DNA of 64,000 bases from Malacoraja senta (taxonomy: Eukaryota). Position numbers and translations under genes: made by a program. Position 1 is the first letter of the stretch. Every line of letters starts with the position of its first letter. Positions 12,847 to 24,918 of the stretch are shown one piece after another. Under the pieces are notes generated by a model, which was not told the DNA's origin, did not search any database, and saw only the letters and a list, made by a program, of their open reading frames with translations. The stretch covers positions 5,022,001-5,086,000 of the forward strand of contig CM075988.1 of the NCBI GenBank assembly GCA_038087875.1. The letters run 5' to 3'.

Positions 12847-13708
12847 CAAGATGGCGGATGTGCAGAAGTGGGCGGATGAGATGGCGGATGTGCAGGAGTG
12901 GGCGCCGTTTGTATAGCAGCCTGCCTGCAGTCCGTCGTCTAACTCTTTTATTGTTTGAATATTTTTTATTTTTTTATTATTTGGAGTCTATTCTTTCTAT
13001 GTGGGGGGGGGGACTGTTTTAACCCCAGTCCTACCTGGTCGGAGATGCGGTTTTCCTCCGAATCGCGTCTCCGGTCTCCCCATGCGGCCTTCCATCGGGC
13101 TGGAGCGGCGTTTCCTGCCGGGGACGACAGCTTCGGCGGCACAGCGCTGGGACACCAACGGGGAGCGGGCGATGCCTTGTCGGGTCGCCGCTCTGGAGTG
13201 CTGTGACCGCCGACAACCAACATCGAGCAGCCGTGGTCTGCGGTCTGCGGTTTGAGGGCATCGGAAGCTGGATCGGAAGCACCGCGGAGTCGAAGCTCCA
13301 ACCGGCGCGGCCTGAAGTCCGCGGGCGTCGCAGTCTCCGGGGAAGGAGCGGCCGCTCCAGACATTTCCAAGCTGCTGAGGACTTTTCCACCCGATGCGGG
13401 TGGGCAAACAACATCGGGCTGCCGTTGCGGCGACTGGCTGCAGTGGCCTCAGACTTGCCCCGACCTCGGGTGGACTAGGAGGAGGAGGAGGACTGGACAT
13501 TTTAGTGCCTTCCCTCACAGTGGAGAGTGTAGATTCTACTGTGGGGGGATGTTCGTGTTTGTGTAAAATCTCTTATAGTGTGTTGTCATTTTTTCTATCT
13601 CTTTTTATTATTTGTTAGGTTAGTAACTGTAAAGCACTTTGGCTTTTGATTTAAATCAATTGGAAAATGTGCTATATAAATAAACTTATTATTATTATTA
13701 TTATTATT
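12847..13708 (+). mobile_element. CpG-rich non-autonomous non-LTR element with L2-type tail, nested in the DIRS pol region
   Basis: Starts CAAGATGGCGG. GC-rich body. Ends TGTAAAGCACTTTGG...AATGTGCTATATAAATAAAC(TTA)n, similar to the L2 tail at ~31000-31075. Confidence 0.7.
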
Positions 13709-13714
13709 CTATTA

Positions 13715-14110
13715 AATCCAACCTCTTGCCCCAGGGTGGAGTCACAGGGTAATTAATAGTTAAAGGTAAATCCCAATGATCAACAAGTCTAGTTGGTATC
13801 AACTTAGATGGATGGATGAGGAACCCCAAATTCTCAAATATAGTTTGAGGCTGAAACGGTTGATTTTAGCAAAATACAGCGTTAGAATATCATTCAGACA
13901 AAACATAAAAAGTGGTTTTGAGCTCTGAGCAGTCCAAGCACCGGTTTTAGTAATTTGGTAAATAACCTGGGAGCTGGAGTTAGCCCATTGTGCAACGCTT
14001 TAACTGCTATCACTGCCCCAACCAGATAAATTTCAAATGTCTCCGGTGATCCCTGTGAATGGGAACTGAATAGAATGTATCTTTGGATCGATGCATGCCA
14101 TAAAGATCCT
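13715..14110 (-). pseudogene. DIRS reverse transcriptase remnant
   Basis: Manual minus-strand translation gives KDTFYSVPIHRDHRRHLKFIWLG and NGLTPAPRLFTKLLKPVLGLLR, with stops and frameshifts. Confidence 0.82.
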
Positions 14111-14217
14111 ATGGAAATCAGTTGTTAGTCAGTAACGAAGTTCCCTATTTGGAAAAGGTTATACTGCACATACAAGTTAAACGACATTCTCCAACTCTCA
14201 CAAAGAACAGGCCATGC

Positions 14218-14490
14218 CTGCCATAATTCCGTGCCTGCCTCGAATGACAACTCTGGCCCGAGTTCCGAGCCTGTCTTGAAAGGCATTCCTGGCCGTAATA
14301 CTGAGCCTGCCTCGAAAGACATCTGGCCATAATTCTGAGCCTGCCTCGAAAGACCACTCTGGCCTTATTACTGAGCCTGTCTCGAAAGGCAATCCTGGCC
14401 ATAATACTGAGCCTGCCTCGAAAGGCAACTCTGGCCATAATTCTGGGCCTGCCTCAAAAGACAATTCTGGCCCCAATTCCAAACCTGCTC
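14218..14490. repeat. 36-bp tandem repeat (about 7 units) inside the DIRS element
   Basis: Unit approx. CTGGCCATAATTCTGAGCCTGCCTCGAAAGGCAACT, giving 12-aa periodicity in ORF 14198..14482. Confidence 0.9.
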
Positions 14491-16284
14491 AGAACCCTGG
14501 TATTGTGCAGTTTTACATGGTTAGATGCCACTAAGTAGATGGCAATGCCTTAACCATTTGAGTGTTGTAAGACCACTAGAGCCCCTTCCATCCTTATCAA
14601 GAGGAGTGCTAACCTTCTCTCCTTTCATACAACATATAAACTAATCGCATGTTATCATTATCATTTGTACAACAAACAAGTGTAAATATTACCAACTTGT
14701 AAGCCTTGGTTGTAGAGAAGGACCGGTAGGGTGCGTGGATTCCACATTTTTCCCGAAGCCGACTTGGGCCTTGGCTTGAAGACCTCTGCCCAGCTTTCAC
14801 GCTGCCACCAGCTTCAGTGAACTGCTTACTGCCGACCTTGACTGGTCCGACAGCTTTTGCTGCCTCATCCAGGTCTTACCTGTTGAATAGGTCTTACCTG
14901 AAGAGAACATTCAGTGGCTGGCCTCTGATGTCACCCCTGATAGCGCTGTTCACTGCCGGCACTTGTAGCATGAGGGGAACTCTGGCCCCTGCCAGGTATT
15001 CTGCCAACGGCTGGTAACCAACTCTTCTGGCAGCAACACCTTCGTTTGCGCGGATCCCTTGAAACCATACGCATGTGCTCCAGTATGTTCGACGGACATC
15101 CTTTAGAATTTGAGGTCAGTTACACACTGACCACTCGCACTCCCCTCCACAGAGAGGGAGATTCGTAGGCAGCCCTGAAACAGGTGCTGCCGCAGGCCCC
15201 TGAGGATACCTGCGCTGATATGGCCCCTCCTACAGACCTATACCAGGATGGAACATCACATTTGTGGAATAAACGCCCGAGGATGGTATCCATACTCCAT
15301 TTTCCTTGCGGGCACTTCTGATTTATGCCCTTCGTGCCTCGTGGTATACTCTCCAGCTATACCTTCGAACTCATGTCAGAACTGACCCCCAATGCTCCCC
15401 TCTTCAGAGAGGGAGACATTGTGCAGCCCTGAAACAGGTGCCGCTGCCGCGGGCTCCCGAGGAGACTCCCGGGCTGATAGCTCCCTCCTTTGGAGCATAT
15501 CATTGTGGAGCAACCTCTATATCAGGTGCTCCATGTGGGTGTAGACGTCCGAAGACGCTACCCATTAAAGGAGGGGAACCCTCCTGGCCTGACTCCCTGA
15601 GTCCATAGGCCTGACCGACTTATTGTTGGTTTTACCCCCTTTCATGGGTACCACAGCGGTCTGGGACACGCGTGCGCTCTGGCGGGCTTCTTCACGGAAT
15701 CACTCACGTGACTCCGAAGTAAAATTTTACTTTGCTGTGACAATAAAATACTATTGAACCATTGAACCATCCTCCACATCCTGCATTGCTCTAACACGGC
15801 CAATGCATGCTCCAGAACAGATTCAGAAGATCACCTTTTCCATATCCATTCCCATCTGTATTTCATATTTTCATTGTTCATGACTCCAATGTCTGAATCC
15901 TTCTCCTTTGTGCAGACCAACACCAAATATTAGGAAATGTATCCAGTCCATTTGCCTCTCGATACAGGCATGCTTCTTTCCTCATTCTTTATATGTTATG
16001 AAACATCCAAGGGATTGCATGCCAATATTTTTTGAGATTTACTTTAGATTTTAGAGAACAGCTCACCAGCTATCATCAACACTATCCTATACACACTGGG
16101 GACAATTTTACAATTTTAAGAAGTCTACAAACCTGTACGTCTTTAGAGTGTGTGAGAAAACCAGAGCTATTGGAGAAAACCCACATGGTCAAACGTACAA
16201 ACTCCGTACAGAGAGCACTTGTAGTCAGGATTGAACTTGGGTCTCTGGTGCTGCAACTCTACCGTTGCGCAACCATGCCGCCCT

Positions 16285-16690
16285 GTTATTTCAAGCCTCT
16301 TCTTTGCCTTCTTTTACAATCATCAACAGACACTTCTCTTTTTTCTGGTTGTCTCTTGATGTCTAAAGAACTCTAGATTTAAGAGTCCTTGGATTTTCTT
16401 TCCTTGTGGAAACAAGTTTACTTTGAACCTCCACAGCTCTGATCTTTCCCGAAATATTGTTCCAGTCTAATTGTGCTAAATCGCAATTCGGCCTGTTAAG
16501 ATTGAGTTTTCCAGTTGAAAATTTACTTTTCATCTTTGTCTTTTTTCATAAAAACGCCAAATATAACAAGTATAATCACTGGCACCAAACGACTCTCCCA
16601 GTTATTTCTTCAAGCAACACAACTTCACTTAATAAAGCTGTCCATATCTGTTGAGCTTTGCATGTTGTATTTATGAAAGCCCTTTAAGAA
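16285..16690 (-). mobile_element. Highly decayed CR1 ORF2 internal fragment (post-endonuclease region)
   Basis: Minus strand gives traces such as MKKDKDEK, FNWK and DLAQLDWNNISGK. Confidence 0.4.
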
Positions 16691-16724
16691 CTCTCCAGCA
16701 AGACACAAGGTTCTAGAGTAACTC

Positions 16725-17035
16725 GGGCACGGTGGTGCAGCGGTAGAGTTGCTGCCTTACAGTGTCAAAGACCCGGGTTCGATCCTGACTACGGGTGCTG
16801 TCTGTACGGAATTTGTACGTTCTCTCCTTGACCTGTGAGGGTTTCCTCCGGGATTTCTGGTTTCCTCCCAAATTCCAAAGATATACAGGGTTGTAGGTTA
16901 ATTGGCTTGATATAAATGTAAACTGTCCCTAATGTGTGTAGGGTAGTGTTAATGTGTGGGGATCGCTGGTCGGTGCGGTCTCGGTAGGCCGAAGGGCCTG
17001 TTTCTACGCTGTATCTCTAAACTAAACTAAACTAG
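16725..17035 (+). mobile_element. HE1-type tRNA-derived V-SINE (representative full copy)
   Basis: A box GGTGGTGCAGCGG, B box GGTTCGATCC, V-domain GTCTGTACGGA..GGTTTCCTCCCA..TCCAAAGA, CR1/HER1-like tail and (CTAAA)n. Confidence 0.92.
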
Positions 17036-18213
17036 GCTAAAGGTAACATCTCTGGATGGAATGGTTACGTGATGTTTTTTTTGTCAGGGCCCTCCTTCAG
17101 ACTGATCTGTCTGAAGAAGGTTCTTGACCTGAAACGTCACCTTGGCATCACCGATCCATTCCCTCTACAGCTGCTGCCGGACCCGCTGAGTTACTCCAGC
17201 ACTTTGTGTTTTACTCATGATTCCAGTATCTGCAGATTTTTGTGCCTCCATCTCAAGAATTTTTCAACCCTTCTACCACTTGCACTTTCTGTACCAACGC
17301 TTGTTTCCACACTTTAAATCTCATACTATTTTTGCTTATCAGAGAATATCTTGCATTATCTGCTCCTTTGCATCCCTCCATCTCTTCACTGGGTTGTTAT
17401 ACATACATGGGCACTACTATTGTTCCCCAGTTCTAAGCTGTGGATCCATTTATGGAAGCATTTCTCCTTGTCTTGCATACTCACCAACTTTTTACCCCTT
17501 TCCATCTTGATAGAAAATCCTGCAACAAGGAATGTTTGCCTGCTGTTCCAGTTTTTCCTTAAGCCAAGTTTCAAAATTCTCCTTCCCCTTCCACCTCTAT
17601 CCTTTCCTCTGGCTTCACTTTTCATGCCACTTCTCTTCTTATCTCTTAATCTCACATCCTTTTGTTTTTTCATCTCTAGCCTTTATCCAACCATCTAATT
17701 GCCACCACCGCCACCACTGACCTGTACAATTACTCCAGCACTGTGTCCTTTTTGTTAACCAGCATCCGCAGTTCCTTGTGTACACAATTCCAAACAGTTG
17801 TCTCATTCAACTGCTTTATTCACTATCCTTGCATTGAGGTAATTACCATTAAGCATTGGCAACTGCTTAATTGCCCTCCATCCAGCCTTGGCTTATCTCC
17901 CTTTCAATCCTGTAGACAAATTCCTTGCCTTCCCTTTGCAACACTTCCTCTATCCTTTCTGAATTAATGTTGGGACTCACACCTGATTAAATGTCCCCTG
18001 CTGCAGAGTGGTTCCTGGCCCCGTTACATACAGATCATCGCCCCTCCCACACAACTAGCCAGAATCTTCTAGACCCCAGAGTTTACACCAGGCATTCTCC
18101 TGGAGATAAAGCTTCACAGGAGATTGCGTTAATTATTTGTGAAAGTCACATGAACAGGTGTGGTTCCCTTGGGTAACATTGTGCTAATGTTGACACTGCC
18201 AGTTCCTGCCTGG

Positions 18214-18418
18214 TAGACGCAAAAAGCTGGAGTAACTCAGCGGGTCGGGCAGCATCCCTGGAGAGAAGGAATGGGAGACGTTTCGGATCGAGACCCTTCT
18301 TCAGACACAAAACGTCACCCATTCCTTCTCTCCAGAGATGCTGCCTGTCCCGCTGAGTTACTTCAGCTTTTTGTGTCTATCTTTGGTTTAAACCTGCATC
18401 TGCAGTTCCTTCCTACAC
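18214..18418. repeat. Head-to-head inverted Penelope terminal-repeat pair (representative)
   Basis: GCTGGAGTAACTCAGCGGG..GGCAGCATC..GGAGAGAAGGAATGGG followed by its reverse complement. Also at 565-775, 4995-5215, 23620-23770, 26080-26265, 34750-34960, 41065-41265, 43350-43510, 54085-54300 and 61063-61265. Confidence 0.9.
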
Positions 18419-18934
18419 ATATTTGACGTTGTAGTTCAGCTCAGAGAAACATCACAGATCTCAGTCAGTGTAAAGAAAGCAATGTAAATACTGGGCAATT
18501 TGAGGTGCAGTTTCAAGGGAACTATATGAACAATGAGTAAATTAAAAAAAAATCCGCACTAATGAAATTGAAAATCACACCAAAGAGAAATTTCCCATGT
18601 TTCTGACAGCATTTGAGATAGTTTTAGTTTGAGAAATCTCCTAGGAATTTAGTGAAAGTTCAGGGGATAGGTTTTCTAATGGGCATAAATGTGCCTGTGG
18701 AAAACACACATTATGTTTTGTACAAAGATAGACACAAAAGGCTGGAGTAACTCAGCGGGTCAGGCAACATCTCTGGAGGAAAGGAATAGGTGATGTTTTG
18801 GGTCAACACCCTTCTTCGGACTAAGAGTCAAGGGAAAGGGGATTGAGAGATATAGCGGGTACTTAGGAGAAATGAATGGAAGATATGCAAAAAGCAATGA
18901 CAATCAAGGAAATATGGGGCACACAATAGTTCAC

Positions 18935-19455
18935 TTCTGTTTAGTTTCTTGTCACGTGTACCGAGGTACAGTGGAAAGCTTTTGTTGCGTGCTATCCAGT
19001 CAGCGGAAAGGCAATATATGATTACAGTGTATAGATACATGATAAGGGAATGACATTTAGTGCAAGGTAAAGCCAGCCACATCCGAACAAGGATAGTCCA
19101 AGGGTCACCAATAAGGTAGACTGTTGTTCAGCACTGCTCTCTGGATGTGGTAGGATGATTCAGTTTCCTGATAATAGCTGTGAAGAAACTGTCCCTGAAT
19201 CTGGAGGTGTGCGTTTTCACACTTCTCAACCTTTTGCATGATGGTAGAGGAGAGAAGAGGAAGTGGTCAGGGTGCGACTCGTCCTTGATTATGCTGCTGG
19301 CCTTGAAGAGGCAGCGTGAGGTATAAATGGAATTAATGGAAGGGAGGTTGGTTTGTGTGATGGTCTGGGCTGTGTGCAACAATTCGCTGCAATTTCTTGC
19401 GGTCTTGGATGGAGCTGTCCCCAAACCTAAGCTGTGGTGCATCCTGTGATGCATG
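18935..19455 (-). mobile_element. Rex1/Babar-type LINE 3' fragment (others ~27505-27680 plus, 40660-40895 plus, 58860-59250 minus, 61420-61905 minus)
   Basis: AQTITQTNLPSINSIYTSRCLFKASSIIKDESHPDHFLFSPLPS..RFRDSFF..IRKLN. Tail TTTCCACTGTACCTCGGTACACGTGACAA. Confidence 0.85.
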
Positions 19456-20404
19456 CTACTTCACAGCGCTAGAGACCCCAGTTCAATCCTCACCTCAGAT
19501 GCCATCTGTGTGGGGTTTACACGGTCTCCTTGTACCTCTGGCTGCTCTAGTTTCCTCCCACATTCCAAAGATGTATAGGTTTGTAGGTTAATTGAATTTG
19601 ATTCGATGGGCCGAAGAGCCTGTTTCCATACTGCATCTCTGAAATTAACTAAAGAGTAAAGAGGGGTTACCAGGTGGAGACATAAGGGACTGTAGATGCT
19701 GGAATCTGGACTAAAAATCAAGTTGCTGGAGGAAATCAGCGGGTCAGGCAGCATCCTTGGAGGCAGAAGGATTTTGGAACCTTTTGGATTGAAACCCTGC
19801 ATCAGAACCTACAAGAGAGAGATCATCTGGTGTAGGGAGGAACTGCAAATGCTGCTGTAAACCGAAGACTGACACAAAAAGCTGGAGTAACTCAATGGGT
19901 CAGGCAGCATCTCGAGAGAAAATGAATAAGTAACATTTCCGGTCGAGTCCCTTATTCAGAACCACAGGTTGTGGAGGAACTAACCGTTTTCTGCTGGATC
20001 TGATTTGGATCTCATATTCCTCATACTTATCTTAGACATAAGAGGCCATTTGTCCCATTGAATCTATGGTAGCTTTCAGTGCATTCCCATCAATCCCACA
20101 GTACGACTCCTTCCCTGTAACATGCCCAGCAAATCTACCGTGAAGTAAGTTACAGTAGTGATTGGCCTAGTTACCAGTATGTCATTGGGTAGACACAAAA
20201 TGCTGGAGTAACTCAGCGGAACAGGCAGCATCTCTGGAGAGAAGGAATGGGGGATGTTTCGGGTCGAGACCCTTCTTCATTGGGTAGTACTTCTCTCCTG
20301 CTCTTCAACCATGTTCTGACCCAGACTCGCCACTACAGCCACGTGTGCTTGCTCAACACTCGCCTACACCACCATGTGTTCCAACATGACTTTTATTTAC
20401 CAAA

Positions 20405-20770
20405 TAGTGAAAGGCCTGGAAAGAGTGGATGTGGAGAGGATGTTTCCACTAGTGGGAGAGTCCAGGACTAGAGGTCATAGCCTCAGAATTAAAGGACGTT
20501 CCTTTAGGAAGGCGATGAGGAGGAATTTCTTTAGTCAGAGGGCAGTGAATCTCTGTAATTCTTTGCCACTGAAGACTGTGGAGGCCATCGATGAATATTT
20601 TTAAGGCAGAGATAGATTGATTGTTGATTAGTACAGGGTCAGAGGTTATGGGGAGAAGGCAGGAAAATGTGGTTAGGAGGGAAAGATAGATCAGCCATGA
20701 TTGAATGGCAGAGTAGACTAGATGGGCCGAATGACCTAATTCTGCTCCTTTCACATGACCTTATGACCTT
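20405..20770 (+). mobile_element. CR1 3' fragment, second tail type (others ~2420-2825 minus, 28395-28520, 30755-30995, 52555-52890, 62115-62265)
   Basis: MFPLVGESRTRGHSLRIKGR...FFSQRAVNL, tail GATCAGCCATGATTGAATGG..GGGCCGAATG. Confidence 0.88.
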
Positions 20771-22483
20771 TCCAGGCCTCCTGGTTCCCCTCCTCACTAA
20801 GGACTACCATGTCATTGACTTCAGCGATTCTAATAGCATTGCCTGTACATAAGCATAAAATAAAATGAATTTCATATCCTAAAGTAAGAAATCAATACTG
20901 ATATTAACTTAATAATTGCAATATTTTATTAAACATGTCATGTTAGAGCGGGGACATAAAATACAAAAACTAAACTAAAATATGGATTAGAAGGGTATAA
21001 AACCCTCTGAGCCAAATGCAGAGAAATGGGTCATGCTCAATTTGCCATCTTGGTCAGCTTAGACAAGATGGGCCGAAGAGCCTGTTTCCGTGCTGGACTG
21101 CTCTATGATTCTTTAAAAGCAGACAAAGGCCAAGGCAACGTTATGGTGGAGGTTGGAAACAAGTTGGTAGGTAGGAGGGAAGGATAAGGTAGAGGCATGT
21201 TATTCTACTAGTCATTAGCCCATTAATGCAATCAGCTACTCGTTGATACTAGCAACTGCAGATGCTGGTTTATAAAAAAAACTACACAAAGTGGTGGAGC
21301 AACTCAGTGGGTCAGGCAGCATCTGGAAGGAAGTCTAGCTGGTGGCCTGTGGTGTGGGGTTAAAAGGAACCCCAACATCATTCCCATTGATCTAACCTAA
21401 TTCTATGCCAGGGTGGTGATCTTTTGTTTACTCTCATAGTCATAGATTCATGGAGTGACACAGCATGGAAACAGGCCCTTCCAGCCAACTTGCCCAGACC
21501 AGCCACACTCGTACCACCTGCCTGTGTTTGGCCCATATTCCTCCAAACCCATCCTAATTATGTACAGGAAGGAACTGCAGATTCCGATTTAAACCGAAGA
21601 TAGACACAAAAAGCGGGAGTAACTCAGTGAGACAGGCAGCATGTCTGGTAAAAAGGAATGGGTGATGTTTCGGGTCGAGACCCTTCTTCAGTATCCATGT
21701 ACCTGTCTAACTGTTTCTTAAACGTTGGGTTAGTCCCTGTCTCAACTACCTGGCAACTCGTTCCATACACCCACTGCAATTTGTATAAAAAGGTTACACC
21801 CCAGATTCCTATTAAATCTTTTTCCTTTCTCTTCAAACCTATGCTGTCCCCTGTCCATTTGATTCAATTTAATGGGATGAAATACAAGGATCAACAAATC
21901 TCTTTAAGGTTTAAAAAATAATGTTCTCCAGACATGCTGCCTGACCCGCTGAGTTACTCCAGCACTTTGTGTTATTTTTTTTAATAAACCAGTATCTGCA
22001 GTTCCTTGTATCAATGAATAGCTGATAGCCTTAATGTGTTAATGACCAGTGAACAAATGGAATGACATGCCTATACCCTGGAGTATGTTGTCCAAATGAA
22101 CCCAAGATGGCGGAGCAGATGCCAGAGGCAACTGTGCATTAGGATCTGGTAGGGTTTTGTTTATTTTAATTTATTGTCACGTGTACTGAGGTACAGTGAA
22201 ATGCTTTTGTTACGTGCTAACCAGTCAGCGGAAAGACAAGGTATTGCACTGGGCGGCATGGTGGGGCAATGGTAGAGTTGCTGCCTTACAGTGTTTTCAG
22301 CGCCAGAGACTCGGGTTCAATCCCAACAACTGGTGCTTTCTGCGCAAAGTTTGTACGTTCTCCCCGTGGCCGCGTGAGTTTTCCCTGGGATCTTCGGTTT
22401 TCCCCCACACTCCAAAGACGCACATGTTTGTTGGTTGATTGGCTTGGTATAAGTGTAAATTGTCCCTAGTGTGCTTAGTATTA

Positions 22484-22696
22484 AGGGCCTGTCCCACTTG
22501 GCCGTCATTTGCGCGCCATTTACACGACCTGGTAGCGTGTGGGTAGCGTGTGGGTAGCGCGGGACGGGCGCATGGAGTGGCGTGGAGGAGTGTGGAGTTG
22601 CGCGCAGTGTCGCGCAGCACTGCAGGATTTCGTTCTGCACTAAATCTTCGCGCGCCACCTGGTCTGTCGCGTAAATGACGGCAAGTGGGACACCCT
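22484..22696. mobile_element. PIF/Harbinger-like MITE inserted in an HE1 SINE
   Basis: TTA|AGGGCCTGTCCCACTTGGCCGTCATTT ... AAATGACGGCAAGTGGGACA; the right end is degenerate. Confidence 0.7.
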
Positions 22697-24918
22697 GGCA
22701 CGGCGCAACGTCTCACTTCCAACAGCAGCAGAAGCAGGCAAGCGATCGCCGAGCTCGGCCTGGTGCTCACGGCCGTTGTGGATCCGGATCCGCCCCCACT
22801 CCTACTCCAGAGCGGGGCCAAGATGATTGGAGATAGACACAAAATGCAGGAGTAACTCAGCAGGACCGGCAGCATCTCTGGAGAGAAGCAGTGGGTGACG
22901 TTTCGGTTCGAGACCCTGCTTCAGACTGAAGAATTATTATTATTATACTATAGGAGCTATAGGGAGATGTTGGGCAGGCTGGGACTATATTCCTTGTAAC
23001 ACAGGAGGATGAGGGGTGATCTTGTAGAGGTGCATAGATGCTGATAATGTGAACCCACAGAGTCTTTTACCCAGAGTAGTGGAATCATGAACCAGAGGAT
23101 TTGAGGTGAAAGGGGACACTTTTAATGGGAACACGAAGGGTAACTTTATCACACGATGGATGGTGGGTATTTGGAACGAGCTGCCAGAGGAGGTAGTGGA
23201 GGCAGGTACTATAACAACATTTGATAGACATTTGGATGACTACATGAATAGGAAAGATTTCTAGGGATGTGGGCCAAATGCAGGACCAGTGTAGATGTAA
23301 ACTTTTTAAATCTCTTTCTACGACAGAGATGAGACTTTTTCCGTATTGTATCTCCGTCCGCGCTGCAACCTAACATCGTGGAACTGGCGGCCTCTTGTTG
23401 GGGATCGACTTCAGGAGCTCCAACCGCCCCGATCGCGGGAGCTCCGATCGCCCCGACGCTTGAGCTTCGATCGCCCCGACTGCGGATGGTTCGACTTCCC
23501 CAACCGCGGGAGGGAAGGACGTAAGAAGATAATACGTTATTGCCTTCCATCACAGGGGGAATGTGGGAGCTGCTGTTGGCTAATAAATAAATGAATTAAA
23601 AATACAATTACAATTGCAAAATGCTGGAGCAACTCAGCGGGACAGGCAGCATCTTTGGATAGGAATGGGTGACATTTCTGGTCAAGACCCTTCTTCACTT
23701 TGAAGAAGGGTCTCGACCTGAAATGTCACCCATTCCTTCTCTCCAGAGATGCTGCCTGTCCCTCTGAGTTACTCCAGCATTTTATGTCCAGCAATGATTC
23801 TAGTGCAGGTCAGGTTTGGTGAAAGCAAGCATTCAGCAGCAACAAGGTTTTACATGCTACTTTCCAACAGAAGAATGAAAGTATGTTACCACCAGATGCA
23901 ACCAATCCAAAACATAGCTTTAAATGCTGTATTGCCCATGCTGAAGTATATCAGAGGAGCATTGCATTTTGTTGTTAAAATCAATCTGTGAACATAATCC
24001 ACATGAAACTTCATCCAAAACTGTTGCATTTCTCCAAATTGCCATAACAACTCGTCATTGGCAGCTTCTGAGCTCACGGAATCTAAACTTCCTTGAGAAT
24101 TACACTGTCACACAACATGCTGAACACATTTCCTCTGCTCTCCACTGCAAATATGTTCTTCCAGGACTTGGCCGAATTTGACAACAGACTCAATGAAGAA
24201 ACCAAATGAGAAACGAACATATCCTGTTCAAAGAGCAGAGCAGATCAAAATGCATAGCTCAGAAACATAGACACAGAACTAAGTATGCAGTTATTAAAGA
24301 TTTTATGATTACATTTCATAAGCTATGGTAAATATGGCAATGAATTAATAAAGATATCAGTGTTGTGTTCTCACTAGGTACTTTACCAGAAATCTAACAT
24401 ACACATGTTATACTGAATGAACCATTATTTGCCCACTTCTCCTCCACCTACCACTCTTTTACAGTGTTACAGAAGGAGCTGTAATCTGCTTACATAGTCT
24501 GACTGTTCTGCTCACTTTAGTGGGATCAGCTAACGATGGATTCTAAATTGAATGTATTCTCTGATTTAATGAAATGGAAGTTGGTGAAAAAGCATGAAAT
24601 AAGCAGGAAGGAACTGCAGATATTGGTTTAAACCGAAGATAGACACAAAAAGCTGGAATAACTCAGCGGGTCAGACAGCATCTCTGGGGAACAGGAAAAG
24701 GTGACAGATTTGCTGTCTGACTCCAAATCATCGGCTGTATGCGTTGTTCAAGATGTGGACTCATACATCAGCCAGACCAAATGTAGACTGGGCCATCGTT
24801 TCGCTCAACACTTTTGCTCAGTCTGCCTGGATCTACCTGATCTCCTAGTTGCTAAGCAATTTAATTCCCATTCCCACACAGACCTTTCTGTCCTGGGCCT
24901 TCTCCATTGTCAGAGTAA

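Larger units (their letters stand above)
9858..15725 (-). mobile_element. DIRS1-type tyrosine-recombinase retrotransposon, full structure, coding regions decayed
   Basis: Inverted termini share CGTGAAGAAGCCCRCCAGAGCGCACGCGTGTC (~9927-9958 and ~15666-15695). Internal complementary region at 10702-10810 matches both outer ends. RT, RNase H/MTase and YR remnants present. AAT at both junctions. Confidence 0.92.

Noticed and set aside
12747..13618. Cluster of overlapping 70-170 aa ORFs on both strands
   Set aside because: By-product of GC-rich, stop-poor sequence in a non-autonomous retroposon; no recognisable domain.
16725..16800. tRNA-like sequence with A and B boxes
   Set aside because: It is the head of the HE1 SINE and continues into the V-domain and LINE tail; not a tRNA gene.
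24165..24355. Possible terminal exon DLAEFDNRLNEETK* with downstream AATAAA
   Set aside because: Only 14 codons and no recognisable homology; such signals arise by chance, so it is left unsupported.
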